This document shows positions 40,497 to 50,288 of a DNA stretch of 64,000 bases, piece by piece. Location: assembly GCA_041736175.1 (NCBI GenBank), contig JBGSUI010000075.1:8536-72535 (forward strand), given 5' to 3'. The stretch is from Oligoflexales bacterium (lineage in GTDB: Bacteria; Bdellovibrionota_B; Oligoflexia; Oligoflexales; CAIYRB01). Under the pieces are notes generated by a model, which saw only the letters and a list, made by a program, of their open reading frames with translations, was not told where the DNA came from and did no database searches. Made by a program: the position numbers and the translations under genes. Numbering within the stretch: position 1 is the stretch's first letter; every line of letters begins with the position of its first letter.

Positions 40497-41702
40497 ATGG
40501 ATAAAATTAGTGATTATGAGTCTAGGCGCATCCGCCAACGGACTTTTGATGACCTCGCTATCTCATCAGAAAAATCCGACACCGAAATCTTCACCCGAAA
40601 GCCTGTCTATACCATTTGCCTTTTAGTTTTTTTTGTGATGGCCCTAGCAGCCGGAAGTCTTAATCTTTATAGTGCCTCTGGAGGGGATGCCCTCTTTTAT
40701 GCTCATATCAAGCATGCCTCCGTTGCGGTTTTTTGCTTTGTTCTCTTGGTCGCTTTTGTCCGCCCCAAACACTTGGTTGCGTCCACTTATTGGATCTACG
40801 CCCTGATTGGAATCCTCTTAGTCTGTGTCTTGGTCGTTGGGCAAATAGGTGGAGGATCTCGACGATGGCTTAATCTGGGTCCTCTCAACGGACAGCCATC
40901 TGAACTGGCAAAAATAGCTATTGCGATGGTAGCCGCTCGTTTCTTTTCGGAGTCACAGATCAATAAAGCCTATAAACTAGGAGATATTTGGCCATTGGGT
41001 GTCTTACTGCTCATCTACTCGGCATTGATCTTTCCCCAACCTGACTTGGGCACCGCAAGCTTTTTAGCCCTCATCGTCATTGCCCAAATCTGTTTTGTAC
41101 GAATCGATTTTCGCAGCTTTGCGATTGTCATGTCTGGCATTTTGGTGACGATTCCGGTCCTATGGAGATTTTTCCTCCTGGACTATCAAAAAATTCGCAT
41201 CTTAAGTTTCTTAGATCCCTCTTACGAACCCCAAGGAAAGGGTTACAATGTCTTGCAATCCCTCATCGCCGTCGGCAGTGGGGGCCTCTATGGAAAGGGC
41301 TTTATGAATGGAACACAAACCCATCTTAAGTTTTTACCCATGAGCCACTCTGATTTTATTTTTTCTGTGTTTTCGGAAGAATATGGCTTTATCGGATCAT
41401 CCCTGGTCATTCTTTCTTTCGCCTCGGTTGCTTGCATCTCGCTCTTGATCGCAAAACAGTCCAAAAACACATTTTGCTCACTTCTTGCTGTTGGACTCGG
41501 AGCTTTTTTATTTATTGAATTTGCAATTAACGTCGCTATGGTTTTGCGAATGTTTCCTGTTAAGGGATTACCGCTCCCTTTTTTCTCGTTTGGAGGTTCA
41601 AACCTTATCACTTCCTGTGTCGCCATTGCGATCCTTATCATCATCGATCGGGACAATCGGGGCCGCTTTCGTAGCAAACACTTGCATCTCTACAGAAACT
41701 AA
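40497..41702 (+). CDS. rodA: SEDS family peptidoglycan polymerase, RodA-like
   Basis: GGSRRW, QPSELAK, QPDLGT, QSLIAVGSGG, HSDFIFSVFSEE, GLPLPFFSFGGS. Confidence 0.85.
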   Translation: MDKISDYESRRIRQRTFDDLAISSEKSDTEIFTRKPVYTICLLVFFVMALAAGSLNLYSASGGDALFYAHIKHASVAVFCFVLLVAFVRPKHLVASTYWIYALIGILLVCVLVVGQIGGGSRRWLNLGPLNGQPSELAKIAIAMVAARFFSESQINKAYKLGDIWPLGVLLLIYSALIFPQPDLGTASFLALIVIAQICFVRIDFRSFAIVMSGILVTIPVLWRFFLLDYQKIRILSFLDPSYEPQGKGYNVLQSLIAVGSGGLYGKGFMNGTQTHLKFLPMSHSDFIFSVFSEEYGFIGSSLVILSFASVACISLLIAKQSKNTFCSLLAVGLGAFLFIEFAINVAMVLRMFPVKGLPLPFFSFGGSNLITSCVAIAILIIIDRDNRGRFRSKHLHLYRN

Positions 41703-41732
41703 GAAATTACGGACCCATGTGAAAGGTTTTTC

Positions 41733-43616
41733 ATGCAGATTTCGAAAGATGGTCAGGGTTATCTTGCCATGCAGACTCTCGGTGCCCTTGGGATTGTCTT
41801 TGGTGATATTGGGACCAGCCCCCTCTACACCCTTCGAGAAGCCTTTTACGGACCCCATAGCATCCCGATTGTCAGGGATAACGTCTTAGGGATCGTTTCG
41901 CTCATTCTTTGGTCGCTTATCATCACCATTTCTATAAAATACCTTTGGTTTATTCTAAGATTCGATAACAAGGGCGAAGGTGGAATCCTCGCTTTGATGG
42001 CACTGGCCCTACCAAAAGGCCAACACACAAATTCTAAAGGGAATCAGTGGATCATCTATGGGGGGTTGTTTGGAGCGTCCTTACTGTATGGCGATGGCAT
42101 GATTACACCAGCCATTACAGTGACAGGTGCTATTGAAGGTCTTGCGATCGCTACGCCTTTTTTTGATCCCTATGTCATCCCGGCTTCGATCGCCATCTTA
42201 ACGGGTCTTTTCCTGATCCAGAAACGGGGGACAGGCAGGATTGGTATTATTTTTGGCCCCATGATTCTGTTGTGGTTTATTGTGATTGGAATCCTGGGGA
42301 TTCGCGGTATTTTCTTAGACCCCTCCATCCTGATGGCCCTCAATCCCTACTATGGTTTTCATTTTCTCTTTCACAATGGTTATCAGGGATTTATCACCTT
42401 AGGAATCGTGTTTTTAGCAGTCACAGGGGGGGAGGCTCTTTACGCTGATATGGGACATTTTGGTCGGCTGCCCATTCGCTTAGGGTGGACCGTGATCGTG
42501 TTACCGAGCCTTATGCTCAATTACTTTGGTCAAGGCGCCCTCTTGCTCAGTGATAGCAAGTTTGCCTCTAATCCCTTTTACTACTTAGCTCCCTCATGGG
42601 TTCTGATACCATTGGTGGCACTCGCTACTGCTGCTGCCGTGATCGCGTCCCAAGCCTTGATCTCTGGGGCTTTCTCCATCACTAGACAGGCCGTGAGTCT
42701 GGGGTTTTTTCCCCGAGTGCTGATCACCCATACGTCTAAAGAAGAAATCGGCCAAATCTATGTCCCCACGATCAATTGGGTTCTGCTTTTTTCGACCATC
42801 GGTCTCGTCTTGTACTTTCAAACGTCAAGCGCAATGGCTGCGGCCTACGGAATCGCTGTCACCACAACAATGGTGCTCACCACTCTTCTAGCCTACGCGG
42901 TGGCAAGGCAAACTTGGAAGTGGTCTATCCTTAAAGCTCTAGGGGTCATACTTCCGTTTTTGCTAATCGATTTTGCCTTTTTTTCCGCATCAGTGACTAA
43001 GATTTTCCATGGGGGATGGTTTACGGTCGCTGTGGGGCTCTTTATCTTAGCGGTCATGTCCACTTGGAAAAAAGGTCGCACGATTTTGGCCCAAAGGCTT
43101 AGGGATGGTGCCGTGGAGATCAATCAATTTATCGCTAATATCAAAAAAAATAGGCCAATTCGTGTCCCAGGAACGGCAGTCTTTATGACCAGCACCACGG
43201 ATATTGCCCCTCCTGCACTCATTACAAATTTAACCCATAATCACGTCCTCCATGAACATGTCATCCTTATGACGATCACCATCAACGAAACCTCCTATGT
43301 CCCTCGCGAAGATCGTTACACCATGACCACTATGGATGAAGGTGTGACCATCCTACGGGTTTATTATGGCTTTATGGACATCCTCAACGTCCCCGCAGTA
43401 CTGATGAGAGTCGCCATCCAAGATCTTCCTTTAGACGAAAAATCCATCACCTATTTTATGGGACGTGAAACCGTACTGGCAACCAACAGACCTGGAATGG
43501 CACTTTGGAGAGAAAAACTTTTTGCTTTTATGGCTCGCAATGCCCAGCGTGCGACGGCCTATTTTAAGATTCCATCCCACCGTGTGGTCGAGATTGGGAT
43601 CCAAGTTGAGATTTGA
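41733..43616 (+). CDS. kup: KUP/HAK/KT potassium transporter
   Basis: GDIGTSPLY, DNKGEGG, GDGMITPA, EALYADMGHFG, GQIYVP, VVEIGIQVEI. Confidence 0.97.
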   Translation: MQISKDGQGYLAMQTLGALGIVFGDIGTSPLYTLREAFYGPHSIPIVRDNVLGIVSLILWSLIITISIKYLWFILRFDNKGEGGILALMALALPKGQHTNSKGNQWIIYGGLFGASLLYGDGMITPAITVTGAIEGLAIATPFFDPYVIPASIAILTGLFLIQKRGTGRIGIIFGPMILLWFIVIGILGIRGIFLDPSILMALNPYYGFHFLFHNGYQGFITLGIVFLAVTGGEALYADMGHFGRLPIRLGWTVIVLPSLMLNYFGQGALLLSDSKFASNPFYYLAPSWVLIPLVALATAAAVIASQALISGAFSITRQAVSLGFFPRVLITHTSKEEIGQIYVPTINWVLLFSTIGLVLYFQTSSAMAAAYGIAVTTTMVLTTLLAYAVARQTWKWSILKALGVILPFLLIDFAFFSASVTKIFHGGWFTVAVGLFILAVMSTWKKGRTILAQRLRDGAVEINQFIANIKKNRPIRVPGTAVFMTSTTDIAPPALITNLTHNHVLHEHVILMTITINETSYVPREDRYTMTTMDEGVTILRVYYGFMDILNVPAVLMRVAIQDLPLDEKSITYFMGRETVLATNRPGMALWREKLFAFMARNAQRATAYFKIPSHRVVEIGIQVEI

Positions 43617-43630
43617 AAAACCGTCCTCCC

Positions 43631-45022
43631 CTAGTTTTGGAGATAAAAAGTCACTTTACTAGTGGTCTTAAGATTATCACCGCTAGAGGATTTTGCCGTT
43701 ACGGTTAAGGTGTTTAGCTCACCTTGGTTTAGTGTTCCTGCAAAGCCGAAAGGCTCGGTGTACCAAATAAAGCGCTCAGGGTCCGTTGGGTGACGCTCTA
43801 CTTTTTCGATAGCCACGTTTGTTTCACCCTTTAGGTTGACCAAAAGCCCTTTGGACTCTTTGATCTGGATTTGGTTGAGGGGCAGCCCAAGGTTGGCTGC
43901 TGCCTCAACAAGCTCTTCAGCGTCTTTGGTCAAACGAACATTGTTTGGATCTCCTGTAACCTTTTCCAGGTACCCTTTAGGATCCGAGGCGACGTCCGCT
44001 CCGGTTCCCTTATAGCCCAGAAACAGGGTAAAGAAGGTGACGTCCTCGATGCCACGAAGGGACTCAGCAGCATCTAAGCCTCGAGCCTCGGAAATCTGGC
44101 GGTCATTCCCGGTGATCAATCCCGTTGGCGAAAGTCCATCGTATAATGTAGGAGAACCATCGGAGATAAAAATCACGATCTTAGAACCTTTTTCGTTTTT
44201 TAGCTGATTTTCAGCAGCTTTAAAGGCGGCTTGGTAGTTGGTCTTTGCGATTCCCGAATCAGCTCCACAAAAAACCGCTGGTGCCAAACTACGTTCCACC
44301 GCACTGAGTGGACCCACAGGGATGCGCGCTTCGGCATCATTAGAGAAGGTGACCACTCCAGATCTAACTTTGGTGTTTTTGGCATTATTTAATTTTTCGA
44401 CGATTTTTTCTGCTGCTTTCAGCCGCCCACAAGACCCGTTTCTAGAAGGATCATTCGGGCCTTCGCCCCCACCCCCCGTCATAGATCCGGACCGGTCGAC
44501 GACAAATAGCACGGTCGCTTCGCTGGTACCAGTCACTTTGGGGCACCATTCGCCGCTCATTCGGACCTGATTGTCTGCTTTACCATAGAACTGGCTAGGA
44601 AAAACCCCGCCGCCACCACTGGCTTTTTCGTCGCATGGGAGCCAAAGCACACCGTCTACACTACTCAGCAGCTTTTCGCCAGGAGATTGACCTGAATCAT
44701 CGCCATCTCCTCCACTTGAACCAGGGCCATCTTTGGATGTCTTAGGATCGACACTATCGCTACCGCTGCCTGGCTTTCGTCCTTTATTGAAGAGATCGAC
44801 AAAATCAGTCCGCGCTTGGTCGCCAATCCATCCGGGAGCGCCTAGATGAGGAGCCTCGGGATATCCGCCACCTGTACTCTTAAGCGCATCAGCGCTGGGT
44901 ACGTCACCTTCATTAGCGGCTGCCCTTTTTTCGGCTTTTCCTCCGAAATCTGCATTAGAACAGGCCACCTGAGCGCCTATCATAGCAAATATGCTAACCG
45001 GCACTATCATCGACTTTCTCAT
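43631..45022 (-). CDS. vWA-domain lipoprotein
   Basis: Lipobox QVAC, Gly/Ser linker, MIDAS DRSGS...T...SDG; SD GGAGG before ATG 45022. Confidence 0.85.
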   Translation of the reverse strand: MRKSMIVPVSIFAMIGAQVACSNADFGGKAEKRAAANEGDVPSADALKSTGGGYPEAPHLGAPGWIGDQARTDFVDLFNKGRKPGSGSDSVDPKTSKDGPGSSGGDGDDSGQSPGEKLLSSVDGVLWLPCDEKASGGGGVFPSQFYGKADNQVRMSGEWCPKVTGTSEATVLFVVDRSGSMTGGGGEGPNDPSRNGSCGRLKAAEKIVEKLNNAKNTKVRSGVVTFSNDAEARIPVGPLSAVERSLAPAVFCGADSGIAKTNYQAAFKAAENQLKNEKGSKIVIFISDGSPTLYDGLSPTGLITGNDRQISEARGLDAAESLRGIEDVTFFTLFLGYKGTGADVASDPKGYLEKVTGDPNNVRLTKDAEELVEAAANLGLPLNQIQIKESKGLLVNLKGETNVAIEKVERHPTDPERFIWYTEPFGFAGTLNQGELNTLTVTAKSSSGDNLKTTSKVTFYLQN

Positions 45023-45071
45023 CAGATCCCCTCCGATCAATACCAAGGCAATTCCTACTCTTTATAAGTTG

Positions 45072-45089
45072 TTGCAAAAGCGAGACCAA
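45072..45089 (-). promoter_or_regulatory. Putative sigma54 promoter of the vWA gene
   Basis: TTGGTCTCGCTTTTGCAA: GG-N10-GC with TTGCA. Confidence 0.6.
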
Positions 45090-45246
45090 TAGTGGACATG
45101 AGTAATTTTAGCGATTTAAAAAAAGAGGTGTATAATGAAAAAACGATTTTGACCTGTAAAGGTGTAAAATATTTAGAAACCGAAAGAATCTCGTTTCAAC
45201 ATAAATAGTAATTTTTCGTTAAAGAGTTATCTCGATCGAGGAACCA

Positions 45247-46014
45247 GTGAAACAACCCATCAATACCAGCTTGATCATCCCTGGAATCGCTATGAAAAAC
45301 AGCGAATTCGCCGAAGTGACCAGTTTTCTATCCAAGTTTGATTTACCCATTTACTGCTACGAAAATCTCTGTGTGGGTGCGGGCGCAAGGATTCCCCATC
45401 CAACAATCCAAGACTTTGCCCAGTACCAATGGGTCACAGCCAACGAACATATGGACCCAAGCCAAAAGATAAATCTCATAGGATTCAGCATGGGAGGGAT
45501 GATTGCTACGGCCATGAGCCTCCTTTATCCTGAAAAGATTAGTAAATTGATATTAGTTTCTACTGCCGTCAACGACGCTATGGTCCCTGCGGTTTCCGAC
45601 CAACTTTTTGAGTTCCTGAAATCCATCGAAACTCCCGCCCATCTCTACGAATCGCTTAAAATTGGATTTAGTCCCGACACCCTAAAAAACCACCCCGAAG
45701 TCTTGCAAAAGTATTTTGAATACCGTTTAGGCAACGGAAATCAACAGACCCATGAAGAATTTATCAGCCAATTACAGGCTGTTAGGAATTTTAAAGGGAC
45801 TACTGTCTTTGGTGCGATGAGCAAACTTAAGTTTGCTAAGTCTCATCTTTATGGAGAGTTTGACCAGCTTTTCGGCAAACCACATATCAGCCAAATCACG
45901 CCTTATGTCCACCGCCAGACCATGATTCCTGGCTTAGGACATATGATGCACCTTGAAAATCCCAAACTCCTTGCCGAACATTTGCTAAACGAGATCTCTA
46001 TTAACCCTGGCTGA
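45247..46014 (+). CDS. Alpha/beta hydrolase
   Basis: GFSMGG nucleophile elbow, GEFD, GHMMH. Confidence 0.88.
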   Translation: MKQPINTSLIIPGIAMKNSEFAEVTSFLSKFDLPIYCYENLCVGAGARIPHPTIQDFAQYQWVTANEHMDPSQKINLIGFSMGGMIATAMSLLYPEKISKLILVSTAVNDAMVPAVSDQLFEFLKSIETPAHLYESLKIGFSPDTLKNHPEVLQKYFEYRLGNGNQQTHEEFISQLQAVRNFKGTTVFGAMSKLKFAKSHLYGEFDQLFGKPHISQITPYVHRQTMIPGLGHMMHLENPKLLAEHLLNEISINPG

Positions 46015-46040
46015 TCTTTAAGGAAGGAACTCAATCACCT

Positions 46041-46790
46041 ATGGTCGTTATCAAGTACCTATTCGAAACTATGAGACGTAGATCCTTTTATTTTGCCCTT
46101 ACGCTACCCCTTATCTGGGGATCCCAAGCCAGGTCCCAAAACACAGCTCCCCTGGCACCAAATCAAAAGTCCCCACCAAACCCCGAAAAACAGTCCCCCA
46201 CCGCTCAAAAGGCCCTTTATCCATACCGGTGGGAAAATGGGCTTGATCTGCTGTTATCAGGTCTTTTTGGAAAAAACGCCTTTGACCTGGAATCTCCATC
46301 ATTGGTTGGCGAAGCGTTGTGGAGTTACAAGTTTGAGACAGGTACCTCTCTTGGGGGGATCCTTCTAGGCTCACTCCAGCCGATGGCCGTCAGGCGCAAC
46401 AACGCAAAGCTTTCGTTCACACTCTATCATTTTGGACCGTACATCAGCCAAGACCTTTGGCGGTATGAGCACTATCGTGTGTTGGCTTCCCTTGCTTTAG
46501 GCCGAGGCTTTCTTTTTGTGAGGCGCACCCCTGATGGAGGCAAGCCCACCATGCACCGAAACGAATACCAATTTGTCGAGCCGGGAATCAGCTTTATTTT
46601 CTATCAAACCAGAACACTCGACATCGGCGTGGTTGCCAATTATCGGAGCATCTCTTTAGCAGATCCAGTCGTTGTGAACCAAGCGGATCCACAGAATCCA
46701 GCCGCAGAGCCACAACCTTTGACGATCGCCACTGAAGACGACTTTAAAGGTATGGCTTTAGGGGTGACCCTAAGGGCCACTCATTTTTAG
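46041..46790 (+). CDS. Hypothetical exported protein, probable outer-membrane beta-barrel
   Basis: Signal peptide, alternating amphipathic strands, C-terminal VTLRATHF. Confidence 0.6.
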   Translation: MVVIKYLFETMRRRSFYFALTLPLIWGSQARSQNTAPLAPNQKSPPNPEKQSPTAQKALYPYRWENGLDLLLSGLFGKNAFDLESPSLVGEALWSYKFETGTSLGGILLGSLQPMAVRRNNAKLSFTLYHFGPYISQDLWRYEHYRVLASLALGRGFLFVRRTPDGGKPTMHRNEYQFVEPGISFIFYQTRTLDIGVVANYRSISLADPVVVNQADPQNPAAEPQPLTIATEDDFKGMALGVTLRATHF

Positions 46791-46804
46791 CGGCTAAGAA
46801 GCCT

Positions 46805-48772
46805 TTACTTTTTCCATCCAAAAATCGCTTTAATCAGGCGACGGACCAACTGGAGAAACGACGGTTTTTGAGCCTCGATTCCCTTGGACGTCCCCGATTT
46901 GAAGGGTGGTGCTCCATGCTGCGATTTACGGTGCTGACCTGAAGCATCATCTCCCCGCCTTGGAGAGTCCTTTGGCCCCCGTGATCTAAAGGAGTCAGTA
47001 CCTTGGGTACGGTCTCTACCTCCCCCTCGCTGTCCCTGCTGCTGTCCCTGGAAAGGTTTTCTTTCCCTAGAAGACTGACCAGAAGCACTCTGCTGCCGGC
47101 CTCTTTGGTCTTGAGGAGCCCCTCCTCGACGTCTTCCACCAGGTCCAGTTTGATTGCGACCACCCCGATCTGATTGAGGATGGGGCCCTCGTCCCTCATA
47201 ACCACCGCCTTCGGACCGACCACGACCTCCCCGCCCTTCACGACTACCACCTTCAGATCGAAAGCTACGGCCACCTGACCGATTGCGTTCTTTCTGCTCC
47301 TCCCAGGCTTTGTAACGCTCAGCAAAGGGATTTCCAGCTTTGTCTTGTATGGCCAGATAAGACTCTGGAGGCCATAGGGTTTCAATCGTACCATTGGGAC
47401 CTAAAAGCTCATTGATTCCTGAGAAGTTATGTCCGTAATCATCGCAGACCAGAGAGTAGGCATTCCCTTTAGCCCCTGCTCGCGCTGTCCGACCGATCCG
47501 GTGGACATAATTTGCAGGCTCCTCGGGGAGATCAAAATTATAGACATGGGTAATACGTGAGATATGCAGTCCTCGGCTGGCCACATCGGTCGCGATCAAG
47601 GCTTTAAGTTTGCCTTCTTTAATCCTTTGGATCAGCCTAATCCTCTTGCTTTGGGGCAAATCCCCGGTGATCAAGTCGGCTTCAATCCCATTATTTTCCA
47701 GTTTGAAATGCAACCATTCTGCGGTCAGTTTTGTATTGGTAAAAACGATGGCGCAGTCAGGTTCATGCTCGGCCAACATCCCCAACATAACCCGCAATTT
47801 TTCCGTTGCATGGCAATGAAAGGCCCGTTGGATGATTTTTTCGGGGGTGATCTCTTCGGGATTGACCGATATATACTCGGGTGTTTCTAGATATTCAAAG
47901 GCTAGTTCTTTGACCTCATCGTTGGTAGTCGCCGAAAACAGAAGCCTTTGGGCCGATTCTGGGATTTTCTCCAAAAAGAATTCCACATCTTCGATAAAAC
48001 CCATATCAAACATGCGATCGGCCTCGTCACAGACAAAGACCTGGACTGCACTTAAATCCACATGGCGTTTTTGGACGTAGTCTTTGAGCCGGCCAGGGGT
48101 CGCAAAAATAACATCGACACCCTCTCTGATCCGCTTGACCTGTTTGTCATAATCCAAGCCACCGATCACTGTGAGGGAGCTAAGACCCGCATTTTGAAGC
48201 ATTACCTCGGCGTCTTGTTCGATCTGCATCGCAAGTTCGCGGGTGGGAGCCAACACCACAGCCCGTACCTTAAGGATCTCATCGTTCCCTTGGGGGGCCG
48301 CGGACCCAGGACCTGTGGGCTCCTTGTCTTTTTCAGCAGCTACTGTGGCCATTTTATTGAGGATCTGATTGCAAATGGTCAACAAAAAAACCGCGGTTTT
48401 CCCGGTTCCTGTTTGGGCAAATCCTGCCACATGGCGGCCCCTCAGGGTATAGGGTAGGCAAAGTTTTTGGACAGGAGTCGGCGTGGCCCATCCAATCGTT
48501 CGGACAGCTTGGCGAACGGTTTCGTGGAGGGGTAAGTCATCGAAGGTTTCGACACCGGCTGCAGCCACTTCCGGGAGGATTCCGTAAAGAGGGGGCTTCT
48601 CTTTTGGGGGCAGAGAGTCGTCTCTGAGACTGTCGACTCCCAAGGTCTCGCCAGGTGCCTCGGATTCCACATCGACTATGGTCTTCAGGACTCCCGAAGA
48701 AGAATCTACAGTATTTTCTTCTGATTGGTTTTGGGTCTCATCGCCAGCTTCTAAGTCTTTTTCTTTATGCAT
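46805..48772 (-). CDS. DEAD-box RNA helicase (RhlB-like) with a Gly/Arg-rich tail
   Basis: AQTGTGKT, PTRELA, TPGR, DEADRMFDMGF, SAT, HRIGRTAR. Confidence 0.95.
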   Translation of the reverse strand: MHKEKDLEAGDETQNQSEENTVDSSSGVLKTIVDVESEAPGETLGVDSLRDDSLPPKEKPPLYGILPEVAAAGVETFDDLPLHETVRQAVRTIGWATPTPVQKLCLPYTLRGRHVAGFAQTGTGKTAVFLLTICNQILNKMATVAAEKDKEPTGPGSAAPQGNDEILKVRAVVLAPTRELAMQIEQDAEVMLQNAGLSSLTVIGGLDYDKQVKRIREGVDVIFATPGRLKDYVQKRHVDLSAVQVFVCDEADRMFDMGFIEDVEFFLEKIPESAQRLLFSATTNDEVKELAFEYLETPEYISVNPEEITPEKIIQRAFHCHATEKLRVMLGMLAEHEPDCAIVFTNTKLTAEWLHFKLENNGIEADLITGDLPQSKRIRLIQRIKEGKLKALIATDVASRGLHISRITHVYNFDLPEEPANYVHRIGRTARAGAKGNAYSLVCDDYGHNFSGINELLGPNGTIETLWPPESYLAIQDKAGNPFAERYKAWEEQKERNRSGGRSFRSEGGSREGRGGRGRSEGGGYEGRGPHPQSDRGGRNQTGPGGRRRGGAPQDQRGRQQSASGQSSRERKPFQGQQQGQRGGGRDRTQGTDSFRSRGPKDSPRRGDDASGQHRKSQHGAPPFKSGTSKGIEAQKPSFLQLVRRLIKAIFGWKK

Positions 48773-48947
48773 CGATCTCTATATTCCGCAATAGTTTTAT
48801 CAAATTAAGCCAGAACTTCGTGCTACCTACCAGTTTCCCTTGAGATTTTTCTCCCATGTGCCGAGAAGGAGGAGAGTTTTGTCTGAAATCACCGGGCCTT
48901 CATTTTTTGGCCTTTTAACTAGGATCCGACGTAGGAGCCTGCTTTCC

Positions 48948-49355
48948 ATGAGCGATCACCCAACCCCAGAGTCGAGTTTGGACCCCATTCAACCATCATC
49001 GGAATCGGGAGATACGTCTCCGCCTCCCTTGGACCAGGAAGCCAGTGTCCAAGACAATACTCTTAATGTGACAGAAGAGCCACAAGAGAGCCAGAGTGAG
49101 TTAAAAAATCCAATCATAACCGCGAAAAGAACTGAGCTGCAACGGACGATCACAGCTGTTAAACGTCGTATGAAGAATATCAGTGCCAGGTTAGAATCTA
49201 AAGAATACAAGCAGTTAGGATTTGTGTATGAAAATTACCCAGCCCAGTACTACCGGAGTTGGAAGGGAGAGGCTAACAGCCTCTTCTCCCTTTTAGTCAA
49301 CTATTCAAGTCGGCTGAGAGACCTAGAGCTCAGACTTCAGGACTTGCAGGATTAG
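48948..49355 (+). CDS. Hypothetical protein (acidic N-terminus, coiled-coil C-terminus)
   Basis: SD AGGAG before ATG 48948; fills the gap between flanking genes; no recognised motif. Confidence 0.55.
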   Translation: MSDHPTPESSLDPIQPSSESGDTSPPPLDQEASVQDNTLNVTEEPQESQSELKNPIITAKRTELQRTITAVKRRMKNISARLESKEYKQLGFVYENYPAQYYRSWKGEANSLFSLLVNYSSRLRDLELRLQDLQD

Positions 49356-49500
49356 TCCGCTTGTTGGCAGTCTTTTTCCACAAGTTGTGGCCTAACTCCT
49401 TCAGCGCTAAAATACCTCTAGACGGGAGACCGCTGGATTTTTACTCTGCTGCTCTTTGGGCTACAGTCGATTCAAAAGGATATATTAAGAAAGGCGTTCC

Positions 49501-49995
49501 ATGAGGGCATATAAGCTATTTCAAGTCTGCATTTTAATGATTTCCTGCGTGGCCTGGGTTGGATGTATTACCCCAAGCGAAAAAAAAGATATGCAAAACG
49601 ACATCTTTAATGTCCAAACCCGCCTGTTGACCCTTGAGCGAAAACTCCAGGACACCTCTAAAGATGCCCGTTCAACGGGCGAAAATGCTTATAAGCGACT
49701 TGCAAATACCCAGTCGGACCTGGAAAAAATTTTGCGGGACCTCCAGCAGATCAAGGGCGATATCGATAGCCTTAGGGTTGGAGTGGTGACTGGCCAGCTT
49801 CCGGGACAGCCCCAAACCGAGTCCTCCCTCAAAGGAAATGTCACCCGCCTTGAAGAGCGCCTTGAGTCTCTCGAAAAATCCCAAAATGATCTTTTAGAAG
49901 CCCTTCGCAAGGCCGGACTGAACACCAAACCACCTAAAAAGGCCGAGGAAAAGTCCGAAAACTCCCTAGATCCTGAAACCGCTTTCAGCCATTAA
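49501..49995 (+). CDS. Coiled-coil lipoprotein resembling the N-terminal part of CpoB/YbgF
   Basis: Lipobox WVGC, heptad repeats (RLANTQSDLE...LQQIKGDID); no TPR domain. Confidence 0.55.
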   Translation: MRAYKLFQVCILMISCVAWVGCITPSEKKDMQNDIFNVQTRLLTLERKLQDTSKDARSTGENAYKRLANTQSDLEKILRDLQQIKGDIDSLRVGVVTGQLPGQPQTESSLKGNVTRLEERLESLEKSQNDLLEALRKAGLNTKPPKKAEEKSENSLDPETAFSH

Positions 49996-50176
49996 CATCC
50001 CGATCGTTTTGACCTCATCGATCGGTAGCTATCCATCAGCCACTGCTTCCCAAAAAAGGCCATAGACTGCCCTATCACCGGAACCTGTAAGCTTTCCTTT
50101 GACACTAATTAAAAACTTAGTCAGTGAGCGTGGCAGCCTGGGGTCAGTGTTCTTAGGCTCTTTGCCTGAGAGGATG

Positions 50177-50193
50177 CGGGCATGCTTCTTGCT
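50177..50193 (+). promoter_or_regulatory. Putative sigma54 promoter
   Basis: CGGGCATGCTTCTTGCT closely matches TGGCACG-N4-TTGCW. Confidence 0.65.
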
Positions 50194-50288
50194 CAGGGAA
50201 AACCAATCATTTTGGTCGACGGTGGAGATCAGTCTTCCTGAGGGATACCACGACTGGGCAAAAAAACACGAAAATAAAGGATCCCCTT

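Noticed and set aside
46834..47394. 186-aa alternative-frame ORF in the helicase tail
   Set aside because: Explained by the low-complexity Gly/Arg-coding sequence; no SD or frameshift signal seen.
49374..49389. TTTTCCACA DnaA-box-like site and CCACAA-G-TTGTGG palindrome
   Set aside because: Single box, with no cluster or origin context.
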